A stretch of 64,000 nt of DNA, from positions 86,701-150,700 of the forward strand of contig PDIP01000098.1 of NCBI GenBank assembly GCA_002811645.1, in the 5' to 3' direction. Both the position numbers and the translations under genes were made by a program. Positions 20,386-31,237 of the stretch are shown piece by piece; the stretch's first letter is position 1; each line of letters starts with the position of its first letter. The notes beneath the pieces are model-generated. The model searched no databases. It saw nothing but the letters and a program-made list of their open reading frames with translations, and had not been told where the DNA came from. This DNA comes from Corallochytrium limacisporum Hawaii. Lineage: Eukaryota > Protista > Pluriformea.

Positions 20386-22620
20386 TCACGCAGCCTTTTT
20401 GGACTCGCTGACACTCTCCGACGGGCCTTCATCCTTACCATTGCTAACACCTTCGTCATCAGAGTGGATTAGGTCGGCATCATCAAGGTCATCCTTGTCA
20501 CTGTCAAATTCCATATTCCACGGATCACTGGCGTCCTCCTTCTCCCCCCTCATCTCGTCTTCCATTTCCTCCTTCTCCTTTATGGCTTCCTCTCGCTTCT
20601 TCTCCATAAAGTCAGACTGGAGCTTTTGACGAGTCTGCATGTCTGTCATCTTGATGTCTGTGTTCAAACCATACGCGCAAGCCATGTAGTCCTGGCTGAC
20701 GCACACCACCTCAATTGGGATGTTCTTAGGCTTCTGGCCAAGCTGAGGAGGCAATGGAGGTCCCGTGTCCATAGGACACGCTACAGTCTTGGTGTCACGC
20801 AAATCACCTACGCTGACAATTCCGGGGTATACCTGGCCGGTATGCTTGTTCAGCAGAATGACCCACCAGCTCTCGAAGATGACAGTGGGAAAGCGTGGTG
20901 CGTGCACAACTGGACCAAACACTTTGTCAGCGAAAAGAACGTTCTCCTTTCGCGCGACCGTCTCCACGTGATCATCTGGATCGAAGTTTTCCATGTCAGT
21001 CTCCTCTTTGATGTCGCTCTTTCGGCGTTCTGCTTCCAGTTCTTCCTCTTTGGTGTGATAAACATCCCACATGTTCTTCCGGGTCAGATTTACAGGTAGG
21101 TTAACATTCAGACCAGGGGACAAGGGGGCACCGCCAAACTTCTCCTCAAGATCATCGGGCAGCTCAATCTCAACCTTGGGGTAACGCTTGAGGAAACGCA
21201 TGGCGTCTGCAATCATCTTCTCAGTAAAGTTCTCCTTTTTCAGGATGTCCTCTTGTTTCTCAATGGATAATTTGACCCACTGCTCAATTTTGGTGATGTT
21301 ATGCTCATCTTTCAATTTGATACATAGAGCGCGATGGAAATGAGGCACCTGCTGGATGGGGTACTGGAAGTCCATGCAACCTTGGATGAAGGCCTGATGC
21401 AGATTGAAGATGGTCTGCATCATCTCCAGCCTACAAAGCTCGCGACGGGTCTGACAAATCTCCAGAAAAGCAGTGCAAAAACCAGGTAACATTTGGATCA
21501 ATTGGTCGAATGCAACATCATCGTTGAACGGAGCAGGTAGCTTCTCGATCGGCACCCGGTGCAGGTATGCCATAATCATAAGACGGTTCTTGCGCCAACG
21601 CCACACAGACTTCTCGATGGGAGCAATGATTTTAAGGTGCTCGTTTGGCTCTGCACTTGTCTCAATAACTGCCTGTGTCAGTTTCTGAATGGCCGCTTGG
21701 TTACTCTTGGAGTCGTCAACCTTCCTGTCCGGCATCTTGATGACCGGTTCAAAGTCAACCGCCACCGCCGCGGTATCAATCAGGCCCCACACGTTCATGC
21801 CCTCACGGAGCTGGCCATAGAAAATCTGACAGGTAGTGATGAGTAGGCCACTGGCGCTGTGACGTCCTGCCGTACGAGCATACCACATACCGATGGCTAG
21901 TGGAAGACCAACCACAAAAATGACCAAATAGATTGAAACAGTCAGGAGTTGGTTTTCGGAGCTAATGAGCCAAGACGGAAGGGCAACACCCATGACCCGG
22001 GCTTGCGTGTTAGCTTCAGGATGACCGTAGCGTTTCCAGATATCAAACTTTACCGGATCCAAGAGTGTATCCCGTGCCAAAGTTACTTCCATATACATTG
22101 ACGCTGCGGCTTCCACTTCTTCCTCCAACTTATCCACCTGACGATCGGGGTGATACCGAAGCGACAGGGTCTTGTAAGCCTTCTTCACTTCCTTCTCGGT
22201 AACATCCTGACCAACGTCAAGAATTTGGTACGGGTCCCACAATTTCTCTTCCTCGTGCTCAAGAGTGCTAATGTAGAAGCTCAGACCAATAAATGCAGCC
22301 AGGCAAATCCAAAACATGTAGTCTTTCCAAGTCCAAGGCTTCTTGCGCATACTCCTGAAATAGCGCTGACGCTTCGCCTCGCAGTCTTCACAATTGCAGG
22401 GCTCTGCATCCAGCTCCAATTCAGGATGCTTTTCCGCGAAGAGCAATTTCTTCACACGAGCCCAAACCGCAGGCAGTAAGGCCAACAAGAGGACGGTGTC
22501 CAAGAAGATGAGGAACTGGTACCCGGTCGAATCATACTCTCCGGCGGATCCCTGCTCTTCTTCGCCCGATCCCGAGCCGTCCCCGCCGGTGTTTTCTTCG
22601 AAATGTTCTTGCTCGGACAT
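20386..22620 (-). CDS. SEC63: Translocon subunit Sec63
   Basis: EYDSTG before TM1, three TM helices, J domain (WDPYQIL..HPD), GVALPSWL, VHAPRFP..ESWW, acidic C-terminus; first in-frame ATG is 22620. Confidence 0.95.
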   Translation of the reverse strand: MSEQEHFEENTGGDGSGSGEEEQGSAGEYDSTGYQFLIFLDTVLLLALLPAVWARVKKLLFAEKHPELELDAEPCNCEDCEAKRQRYFRSMRKKPWTWKDYMFWICLAAFIGLSFYISTLEHEEEKLWDPYQILDVGQDVTEKEVKKAYKTLSLRYHPDRQVDKLEEEVEAAASMYMEVTLARDTLLDPVKFDIWKRYGHPEANTQARVMGVALPSWLISSENQLLTVSIYLVIFVVGLPLAIGMWYARTAGRHSASGLLITTCQIFYGQLREGMNVWGLIDTAAVAVDFEPVIKMPDRKVDDSKSNQAAIQKLTQAVIETSAEPNEHLKIIAPIEKSVWRWRKNRLMIMAYLHRVPIEKLPAPFNDDVAFDQLIQMLPGFCTAFLEICQTRRELCRLEMMQTIFNLHQAFIQGCMDFQYPIQQVPHFHRALCIKLKDEHNITKIEQWVKLSIEKQEDILKKENFTEKMIADAMRFLKRYPKVEIELPDDLEEKFGGAPLSPGLNVNLPVNLTRKNMWDVYHTKEEELEAERRKSDIKEETDMENFDPDDHVETVARKENVLFADKVFGPVVHAPRFPTVIFESWWVILLNKHTGQVYPGIVSVGDLRDTKTVACPMDTGPPLPPQLGQKPKNIPIEVVCVSQDYMACAYGLNTDIKMTDMQTRQKLQSDFMEKKREEAIKEKEEMEDEMRGEKEDASDPWNMEFDSDKDDLDDADLIHSDDEGVSNGKDEGPSESVSESKKAA

Positions 22621-23501
22621 TGTGCAGTATGTACCGTTCCGAAACTGCACGACGACGCTTCTATGTCCCTCAAAAGACAGCGATACAGAGTTCGGGTACA
22701 AGCTGATTTGCTTAGCTGATTTTCTTTGGTACCTTCAACTACGAATTCGTTGTTTGTGAAAAGTTCAATGCGCAGGCCTAAGTGCTTCCTACGTGCAGTC
22801 GACCTTGGGAACACTAACAAACAAAAATTTTGTGCATCCTGAATGATGTGGCCACACCGATCATTGCCATATGCAATGCTCCATCTATGTGCTTACATAC
22901 TGTGTCACGCACTCTCTCATACTGGGCCTTTTTGCAGTACAAATGTGCGGTTCCAAGTATTGTTTGGACGATCCATATGTACTTGGGTGGGGGCACCAAA
23001 GACTGTACCCCCTTCGCATGCCCCCAGAGGCGGAGAGATAAAGAGAAAGTGACAACCAATGATTCGGGAAGGTTGTGGTACATTTAACATATGAATTTTG
23101 GAATCTGCACCTCACTGATTTGGCGGATTTCTAATGGGTGGGGGCGCCTGCATAGAAATGCGACAACAACACAACAGAGCCTTTGCGCTATCAAGCAGGT
23201 CCCGCAGAGGGGGAGGGGGGGGCAGTGGAAAGGCGCGAGTTTGTTGAAATGAGAGGTGGCTGAGACCACCATTGGGCAGCCAGAGTGGGGAGAGGTGGTA
23301 CGGACGCGGATTGGGAGGCTCACACTGACAACTGGGATGGCGGGTATGTGCATGGTATGAGAAGCACAAGGGTTGTCGATGCACACCAGTATGAACGGTT
23401 GGTTCTTCAAATGGATTCTGATGTGATATATCGTGTCCGGGAATGAATACGATGTGAAATTTTTGGACCCAAAGCTGCGACTGACTAGCGTGAGGTTCAA
23501 T

Positions 23502-25835
23502 ATGGACCGTAAAGCAGAGCTTGAGAAGAAGCGCCGCAAGCTTGAAGAGCTGCGTAAGGCCAGGGAGGAGCGTCAGAAGGGCGGATCGTTGGCTGGCGGT
23601 CGACCGACATCGTCTCGGCCTCCGTCCTCGCGAATCGGAAGCGCAAGACGGCAAGAAGAACATAAGGTGCCAGATGAAGACGTGGACGCGCTCGTGGACG
23701 CGCTTGTGGGCCCTAAGGAGGAGCCTGAGCTGCTCGAGACAGACACTCCAGTGGAAAAGGAGGATCAGGAGGTGAAATCTTTCCCCATCAAGAAAAGAGA
23801 GTTCGTTCTGAGTCCTGTTCAAGTCGTAGCTGACATTGAACCGGAAGAAAAGATCTTCTACGACAAGGAGACCCAGACGGAAGAGTCTGCTCAAGCGGAG
23901 AACGTACCATCTACAGATGGTCAGAGCCGTCCCAAGATGATTTTCGATGAAGACTCTGAGGATAGTGAGGATGAGGACCAGAGTGATGAGACAGACGTGA
24001 AGCTACAGCAGAACGCACCAAGTAAGGTATTGACCCAAGGCCAGCCCGGCGCCGGGACCCAGGCCACCCCCACATTGACCGATGAGGATCGCAAGGCAGT
24101 GCAGGCCGCGCCAGAGTTCGCAGAATTTCTAAACAGCACCGTTCGGGCCATGGAGAAGGCACTGACTCTGAGCCGGTTGGACGGAGGTTTGCTGGACTTT
24201 GGTGCGGAACCCATGCAAGCTATAAGTGATGCAAAGGCAAAGTCTCTGGCCCAGCAGAAGCTCGCGGAGGAGGCTGCTGCTGGCCGTGGTGGCCACGACA
24301 CGGAAGAGGTTGCCACAGGCGATACCACTGTGAGCTTCTCGGGCCCGACCGTGCGCCATGGTACCCCTGCATCGATCAAGGAAGATGGAGGAGTCACAGA
24401 CTTAGACTTCAGCGTTGATTTTCCTGGCCTCTTGCTGAGTGGTCATCGCCAGGGCGCCACGGATGACGACCTGACGGGTGGTGTGGTGAGCGTTTGGGGC
24501 AGTGTCCTGGTTGACACGCCAGAGCGAGTGTTTGAGTGTGAAAGCGCTGTCAACGTAGCACAATTCACTGGTTTCCATCCGCAACTCATTGTTGGAGGTA
24601 CTCACAGTGGACAGGTTGTGCTGTGGGACCTGCGCAGTCGCAGTCGAATGCCCGTACAGCGTACCCCACTGGGTGCGCCAGGCTGCCACACGTTCCCAAT
24701 CTTTGGCATGAAGGGGTCCAAGATAAAGGGACTGAGCGCCACCGAACTTCATGACAACTCTCGGAATAGTTTGAATGAATTATGGACGACCTCTAGCGAT
24801 GGACGTGTTTGCTGCTGGGACCTGGAGAATCTCGGCAAACCAGTGTCCAGTGTATTGGTAAACCGGGCCAGTGATGTGGAATCGATTTTGCGCACTCGTG
24901 GAGGTAGCGATCAAGGGGTAACAGTCGGATCCTCGTGCATGGCCCGCATGCAACTAAGCGGCGTTGATCAAGGCAGCACCCGTAGCAAAGTATCTTTCAG
25001 CGGCAGTCCTCTGGTCCTTGGTGGGCAAGATGGTCTCATCAGCGTCGTTAATGACAAAGCTGTACTTAGCATGGGATCCGCATCCGCCACCGGCCAGAAC
25101 ACGGCCTCGCGAGGCCAGACTATGTGGACCTCTGCAGACCTTAAGGGCCACGCTGGCCCAATTACGGCAGTGGCTGCCAACCCAAGCCCTGGCATGCTGG
25201 GAATGACCCGTCTTGGAACTTCCATGTCTTCCCGCTTGCGCGACATGGGTAACGAATACGACGACGGCTTTACTGCTATGGCAAGCGGTGCTGATGACAC
25301 TGTATCTGCATCGTCTCTACTGCTGTCTGCATCTGTGGACTGGAACGTCGGCCTGTGGGTTGTGAACAACAACTCTACTGCGGCTGTCACTGGAACGGCC
25401 AGCGGACGCTCCGCCAATACTGCTGGTGCTGGTGCGCCTGCAGCGGACCTTCTGGAGCCTGTGACTTTCATGGGCCTTGGAGACTACGTCACTGCTGTAG
25501 AGTGGTCACCTTCACACCCGTCCGTGTTTGCGACAGCGGACGCGGAGGGCTGTGTGGCGATCTGGGACCTAGCCCGCAAGGGTGGTTTCGAGGGACCGGC
25601 ACACAAGAGGTTCCTCAGCAGTGGTGGAGGTGTAGTTGCTCTTAACAGTCTACAGTGGAGCCCGGATGGTACATCTCTTGCGGTCGGCGACATCCACGGC
25701 CAGGTTTGCCGTTTGAACGTAAACACGGCTGGTACGCAGACCAGCCAAGGCAACGCCGAGGGCGATGCGCAGGTAATGATGCGCCGTGTGTCTGAACTGG
25801 CCAAGCGCCGCCGATTGAATGCTCGCGCTGCTTAA
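23502..25835 (+). CDS. DYNC1I: Cytoplasmic dynein 1 intermediate chain
   Basis: MDRKAELEKKRRKLEELR N-terminal coil, YDKETQT LC8-binding motif, WD40 region (GGTHSGQVVLWD, SSDGRVCCW, WSPSHPSVFA); first in-frame ATG is 23502. Confidence 0.92.
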   Translation: MDRKAELEKKRRKLEELRKAREERQKGGSLAGGRPTSSRPPSSRIGSARRQEEHKVPDEDVDALVDALVGPKEEPELLETDTPVEKEDQEVKSFPIKKREFVLSPVQVVADIEPEEKIFYDKETQTEESAQAENVPSTDGQSRPKMIFDEDSEDSEDEDQSDETDVKLQQNAPSKVLTQGQPGAGTQATPTLTDEDRKAVQAAPEFAEFLNSTVRAMEKALTLSRLDGGLLDFGAEPMQAISDAKAKSLAQQKLAEEAAAGRGGHDTEEVATGDTTVSFSGPTVRHGTPASIKEDGGVTDLDFSVDFPGLLLSGHRQGATDDDLTGGVVSVWGSVLVDTPERVFECESAVNVAQFTGFHPQLIVGGTHSGQVVLWDLRSRSRMPVQRTPLGAPGCHTFPIFGMKGSKIKGLSATELHDNSRNSLNELWTTSSDGRVCCWDLENLGKPVSSVLVNRASDVESILRTRGGSDQGVTVGSSCMARMQLSGVDQGSTRSKVSFSGSPLVLGGQDGLISVVNDKAVLSMGSASATGQNTASRGQTMWTSADLKGHAGPITAVAANPSPGMLGMTRLGTSMSSRLRDMGNEYDDGFTAMASGADDTVSASSLLLSASVDWNVGLWVVNNNSTAAVTGTASGRSANTAGAGAPAADLLEPVTFMGLGDYVTAVEWSPSHPSVFATADAEGCVAIWDLARKGGFEGPAHKRFLSSGGGVVALNSLQWSPDGTSLAVGDIHGQVCRLNVNTAGTQTSQGNAEGDAQVMMRRVSELAKRRRLNARAA

Positions 25836-26270
25836 TATTATGCAGCCATTCATGTGAGGTACATGTACATGTCTTGTTGACATAGAATGCATTAAATTTT
25901 GACATCATTACAGTTGGTTGCTTTAATGCATGGGCAGTTGTGCGTTGTTCCGCCCGGAGACTGTCACTGGTATGGCCCTCCCGTCCCCCTTCCCTCCCCG
26001 GGGGAACGGGCTGCCAAGGGCGGGTCTCAGCGGTAAGCGCGCGTGGCGCTTGAAGTGGTCTACGTAACCAATGTGGCCAACTTAGGAGCTCTGCTTTGGC
26101 ACTGGCAGAGACGGAGTACGGGGGGTATTTACTATGCTTGTTTGGCAAATAGCTCAGTTGATTTAAAGAGACAATTGTCAGAGAACATGATAGAACGTTG
26201 GAGGTAGCATCTCAGGTAATATGAGAGTTACATAGATTGCCGTTCTCTGGGTCTGTGGCAGACCAAAGAC

Positions 26271-28598
26271 ATGGATAGGTGTACCATGGCCCCAACTGAG
26301 CAGCCCCGGTACGTCAGCGTACGCAGTGTGGACATTGACGGATACGGGCAATCCCATGGCTTGGACGGATTTTCGGCGATTCTCGGAAGAGCTTACTCAG
26401 AAATCAAAGCGGGCAGCGGAATACTGAAGAATACCCAATCTGTCACGTGGATGTCGAACTTTGAGACATGCGTAACCTTCCGTAAGGTTCTGCCAAAAGG
26501 CGTGTCGCCCAGTGCTACAGTTCCCACGCCGTACTTTTCAAAAGGTAGCGCGGAGGAAAGTGCTGCATTGGCCATCTTGCACAGTCCGGCAGGCATGAGT
26601 GAACCGCATGAGTCTGAACTGTTCATGTCGATCATGGGGTGGTTGAAGGAGTTTATGGAGGCTGGTCAGTATGATATTCGGGTTGTCCAGGTTCCTGTGA
26701 GATCGAAACAGAACCACATGGCCTATGTGCTGACAGGAAATAGTTACACAGCACTGGCTCTTCAGACCGATTTAGAGTCTCGCCTTTGGACGTCAGGCAC
26801 ATTCAAGCCCAAAGTCATGCGGGGTACATGTCGCATGGTGGTACCGCAGCAGGTTGAGACTGTGCATCGCAGGGCGGAAGATGTGGGCATTGAGGGACTG
26901 GTATACAGTCCTCAGGTACTGTGCTGGGAAAAGTACGAGAGACTGAAACTGCCACGGGTGGACGGCAAGCATCTAGCTCCTTCGGAACGAGAGCTTGTCG
27001 AGTTCTTGGATGCAGAGCCGGCGGACGCCACTCCCGAAGCGCTACCCTGGATCAACAACATGCGACGTCGGGTTAAGCACTTTGGGTACGGACTCGATTA
27101 CACGACACGGAGGATTGTCTCTGTAAAAGATCTGTACAGTCCAAGCGAGGGTAACAAAACTGGTCTTCCCGAAGGCCAATCTTTGCCTGCTATCTTTCGC
27201 AGCCTGCTCACATCGCTGGCAGCCCAGGGAGTGCTAACGGAAGAAGAAGTGGGACGCTTCAACCAAATTACTGTCAATGAGTACCCCCGTGGAGAGGGTA
27301 TTCATCAGCACTCTGATCTTCACTCCGTGTACGGTGACACATTGCTTGTTGTTAGCTTACTGAGCACTGCCATCATTGCATTCCGAAAGCCAACCGAGGG
27401 CGAGACCGGGGAGCAGACTGTCAAGCATCTCTTTTTGGAACCGGGGTCAGCAGTTGTTATGCGTGGAGAATCTCGGTTTGGCTACACACACGGCATTCCT
27501 CTCCGCAAGGCAGACTATGTCGACGGTCTGCGGCTAGAGCGGGGGGACCGACGCATTAGCATCATCTTTCGAGAGGTCCTGCTGCCTCCAAGGGACTGTG
27601 ATTGCGCATACCCGCAGTGCTGTGATGCCCGTGGTGGACAATATGGTTCTGGAGCGCCACTCCATAGCGACGTGAACACGACAACAGCGCCCACATCCAG
27701 TGCTGGTGACGGTGCCATCTCGAAGGCAGTCCCATTTCGCGTCCACGAAGCGGAGACTGTTGCGAATGGTGGTGTAGACCTGCCAGAGGTCGAACGAATC
27801 CATGTGCTTGATTTCTATGAATCGTCTGCGGAGCACTTTTCACGGACGCGTCATAGCCCGTGGCCAGCTGTGCAGGAGTACATGGCCAACCTCGCACCCT
27901 ATGCCGTGGTTCTGGACGCAGGGTGTGGCAATGGAAGGCATCTGAAGTGCCTGCCAGGCGGCGAGGCTGGTGCCAAAGACTTTGTGCCCTTGGCAGGTGA
28001 TATCAGCCTCAACTTAGCAGGCATCTCAGCCGGTCGGGGTTTTTTTGGCATGGGCTTAGATCACTGTAATATGAACCTGCGCTCCAATGTCTGCGATCAT
28101 GCCACCAGCATTGCGGTTCTGCATCATATATCTACACCGGAGCGGCGTCTGCAAGCTTTGCAGGAACTGGTGCGTGTACTGAAGGTCGGCGGCGATGCCC
28201 TGATCACAGTGTGGGCCATTGAACAGGATCAGCAGAGTCGCTGGCGCTTTGAAGAGAAGGATATGCTCGTGCCTTGGATGGTGCCCCGGGAAATGCTGCA
28301 GGAGAATCCTTCTCGCAACAATGAAACAACGAAACCCAGCGGAACATCGGGGTCATCCGCAACTAGTGCAGAAGAGCGAGAAGCCCTTGCGAAAGCTGGT
28401 CGTATCAAAGATTTCGTTAAGGATCCGACCGGGACCCTCGAGAACGCCAACAAAGTTACGCTTCAGCGGTATTGCCATTTGTTTGAGGAAGGTGAACTTG
28501 AAGGCCTTTGCAGACAGCTTCCCAATGTTGAGCTCATGCGTGTCTTCTATGACCGGTCGAATTGGTGCGTACATCTGCGGAAGACTGTCAATGCATAA
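26271..28598 (+). CDS. ALKBH8: ALKBH8-like tRNA wobble-uridine methyltransferase/dioxygenase
   Basis: 775 aa; AlkB domain (RRVKHFGY, NQITVNEY, HSD, HGI, RISIIFR), CDCAYPQCCD zinc site, Trm9-like MTase (HFSRTRHSPWP, DAGCGNG, IAVLHH, RYCHLF). Confidence 0.93.
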   Translation: MDRCTMAPTEQPRYVSVRSVDIDGYGQSHGLDGFSAILGRAYSEIKAGSGILKNTQSVTWMSNFETCVTFRKVLPKGVSPSATVPTPYFSKGSAEESAALAILHSPAGMSEPHESELFMSIMGWLKEFMEAGQYDIRVVQVPVRSKQNHMAYVLTGNSYTALALQTDLESRLWTSGTFKPKVMRGTCRMVVPQQVETVHRRAEDVGIEGLVYSPQVLCWEKYERLKLPRVDGKHLAPSERELVEFLDAEPADATPEALPWINNMRRRVKHFGYGLDYTTRRIVSVKDLYSPSEGNKTGLPEGQSLPAIFRSLLTSLAAQGVLTEEEVGRFNQITVNEYPRGEGIHQHSDLHSVYGDTLLVVSLLSTAIIAFRKPTEGETGEQTVKHLFLEPGSAVVMRGESRFGYTHGIPLRKADYVDGLRLERGDRRISIIFREVLLPPRDCDCAYPQCCDARGGQYGSGAPLHSDVNTTTAPTSSAGDGAISKAVPFRVHEAETVANGGVDLPEVERIHVLDFYESSAEHFSRTRHSPWPAVQEYMANLAPYAVVLDAGCGNGRHLKCLPGGEAGAKDFVPLAGDISLNLAGISAGRGFFGMGLDHCNMNLRSNVCDHATSIAVLHHISTPERRLQALQELVRVLKVGGDALITVWAIEQDQQSRWRFEEKDMLVPWMVPREMLQENPSRNNETTKPSGTSGSSATSAEEREALAKAGRIKDFVKDPTGTLENANKVTLQRYCHLFEEGELEGLCRQLPNVELMRVFYDRSNWCVHLRKTVNA

Positions 28599-28666
28599 GA
28601 GGATCGGTTTCATGACATTAACATAATGCATATCATATATATTCTTTAACTGCCAAAGCCCACCAC

Positions 28667-29743
28667 TTAACGCTTTCGCTTTGCCTTCTTTAAGTCGCCA
28701 TGTCCGTCATCGCCCTTCTCAGTCTGCTCAGGCAGCAGACCCTTTTGCTCCGCCGCTTGTAACAATTTGCGCTTGGCGGTGGTGGCAGAGGCCTTCCACT
28801 TCGTCTGTTCTGTGGCCCAGCGCAGGGTCAAGTGGTACCGGCCGTCCATTAGCTGGTCCGCCAGCGCTTGCTTTGCAAATTCCGCATTGGTACGATGTTT
28901 GTAGTGGACGAAAGCAAAACTCTTTCCCTGACGATAATGAACTCTTTCGACAGTGCCAAATATCGAAAACTCACGCTCAAGCAGCGCGCTCATTGTCTCG
29001 ACTGCTGCTTCACCCATGCCCGTGACATAGAGTGCGTGACTCTCTGAAGTGAAGCTACCCACTCCGTAGCCATCTGCACGGTGATCATTATGCCGACTGC
29101 GACCGAAACAGTCTCTGGCCAAGTTTTGGCCAAGGATCTCACACTCCCATTCTCGAGGAACATGATGACGGTAGGTGCACCTACTACCCTGAATGCAGCA
29201 ACCCCTGGCAAAGTGGAGACAGAAGAAGGTACGCTGACAGTCTGGGTCTGTACGATCCGCGCGTGTCCAACCTTCGTCCCGTTCTGGGTTGCATCGGGTC
29301 AACGCTAAGCCAACCCTGCGGTTCTTGTCGTTGCCCACAAATGTATTGTACCAGATATTGTAGTCATGCGGACCTTGGGGTTTATGGTGCGTGGTGGAAC
29401 CATCGACTCCTTGCTTCCGGGCCTGCCCCTTGGCAGCTTGGGTTCGGGCGGGCTTGTCGAAACTGATCTTTGGTGGATCTTTAGTGAAATTTTTGGCTTC
29501 TTCATTTTCATTTCCCCGAGATGTGCCTGTGGCCTGTTTGGAAAGTTTGTCGACCGCGTCCACTGTGTTCTCCTGCGTGTCGTCCGTAGGTGGCGGTCCA
29601 GTCACTGTCATATCATCGTAGCCATCAGGCTTCGTCCATTGTGTCTCTGCCGTGGCTGCGTCGTAGTAGTATTCCTGTCCACTTCCTGGATCTGTATATT
29701 TGTAATAGCGCCAAGCGCGGACCTCATCCGCGTCGGCCGCCAT
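28667..29743 (-). CDS. CWC2: Pre-mRNA splicing factor Cwc2-like (torus/CCCH + RRM) with N-terminal WW domain
   Basis: 358 aa; YNIWYN, TRC..D.GWTRAD, FCLHFARGCC, DCFGR, GVGSF, RRM with AEFAK; WW-like W..Y....G.EYYY....TQWTKP. Confidence 0.88.
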   Translation of the reverse strand: MAADADEVRAWRYYKYTDPGSGQEYYYDAATAETQWTKPDGYDDMTVTGPPPTDDTQENTVDAVDKLSKQATGTSRGNENEEAKNFTKDPPKISFDKPARTQAAKGQARKQGVDGSTTHHKPQGPHDYNIWYNTFVGNDKNRRVGLALTRCNPERDEGWTRADRTDPDCQRTFFCLHFARGCCIQGSRCTYRHHVPREWECEILGQNLARDCFGRSRHNDHRADGYGVGSFTSESHALYVTGMGEAAVETMSALLEREFSIFGTVERVHYRQGKSFAFVHYKHRTNAEFAKQALADQLMDGRYHLTLRWATEQTKWKASATTAKRKLLQAAEQKGLLPEQTEKGDDGHGDLKKAKRKR

Positions 29744-31237
29744 GTTCGTGGGTCTTCCACAACCGTCGCATGTGAGAACAGAGTCCTCAGAATAATCTAC
29801 AGAACCCGGAAAGGGTACGAATGCAGCGAGATCTTTATTGGCAAACGTACGCTCATATCAGGACCATCTTACTTGTTTGAACCGTACACTGCAGCCCACT
29901 CGGCCTCAACTACCCGGAACCTTTCTGACCAGCCCGGCGGCGAGACCCACCGCACGGGGTCAGTCCCGAGGGCGCACTCTCTCTCGCTCTCTCCCGCTTT
30001 GGGGGGGGGGCATTTGCCAATTTGTATAATGATGTTTAATTAGGTTATCGGTTTTATTCCTGCCCCCCTGTTTTCCCCGGCGGGGAGCCACCTTTGACCA
30101 AAAAAGACCTGCGCAGTGCGAGGTGTGTGCTGGGTTTTTGGGTGGGGGTACTTGGGTATACCGCGCGCAAGTGTGTGAGTTTGTGCGGCGCTGGGTGTGC
30201 GTGTGCGTGTGTGTGTGTGTTTGTGGAGAGATTTTCTATGCGGTACCGGGAGCCCCAGGCTTTGTGTGAGAGTTTTTTTGCTTTCCATTCTTTGTGTCTT
30301 TGGTATTCTTTTTTGGGGAAGGGGGGGGGAGGGGCGCGCAGGGGAGTTCTTCGGTTTTTCTTTTATTTCTCCAGCCGGGACTGGAAACGGACACAGCGCC
30401 GGCCAAAAACTCGGTACAAAAACTAAGGAAATCACGAAAGGCTTGCCACCGACCCACCCCCGCGAAGGCCGGGGGGGGGACCGTTTCGTTTTTCGTCTTT
30501 TTTTTTGTGTTGGTTCGGGAAAAAAATGGGCGACAGTTTTTTTTTCCCTGTTTCTTTCTTTTTTTTTTCCTTATTTTGGCCCTGCGCGCTGTTGTCCCCT
30601 TACGCACCACCGTCAGCACCGGCCCTGTCTCCAGAGGCCGTTTCCGAGGGCGGGTGGTCAGCAACGGGGACCCACAGGCAACACCGGGCAAAAGGGTGGT
30701 GAATAGAGCGGAGGTAGGGGGGTCTGTGTGTGTGTGTTTGGCTCTCGTCACCCCAGGAACCGAAAAGGGAAAAAAAAGAAAAAAATTGCAGAAAAAAAAT
30801 AAAACCGTGGAGGGGTTGGCACGCATTGATGAGAGTGGGAGCATGGGAGACCGGTATGTTTTATACTGAAATTGCTGTGCAGTGGCAGGGATCAAGAGAC
30901 ACGGACCCCAAGGATCCGATCGGTTTGTCTGACTCGGGCGGGGAGAGGCTACGGCACCAGGATATGTACCGAGGCATGGAGCACGGTTGGGAGTGTGATC
31001 GAGCGTACGAATGCGTTCCGATGGTCTGTTGTTTCTTTATCTCCTTTCTTCCCTACGCACACTAGCGCAAAGAGTTTTGGGTTGCGTGTGTGTAGTTTAA
31101 CATGCATGTGACCAGACAATGGGGTATTTAAACGAGCAACAACAGAATATAATCATGGATAAGGAAAACATTGTGCCATTGCCTGTAAAGAAACAACCGT
31201 ATTCACAAGCCATACAGCGTAGGGCACTCAGGTAAAC

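Noticed and set aside
22621-23501. Longer N-termini for SEC63 and DYNC1I in the ORF track
   Set aside because: They rely on TTG/GTG starts; conserved N-termini begin at the first in-frame ATG
30040-30895. Several overlapping ORFs on both strands
   Set aside because: Poly-T/A/G low-quality promoter sequence
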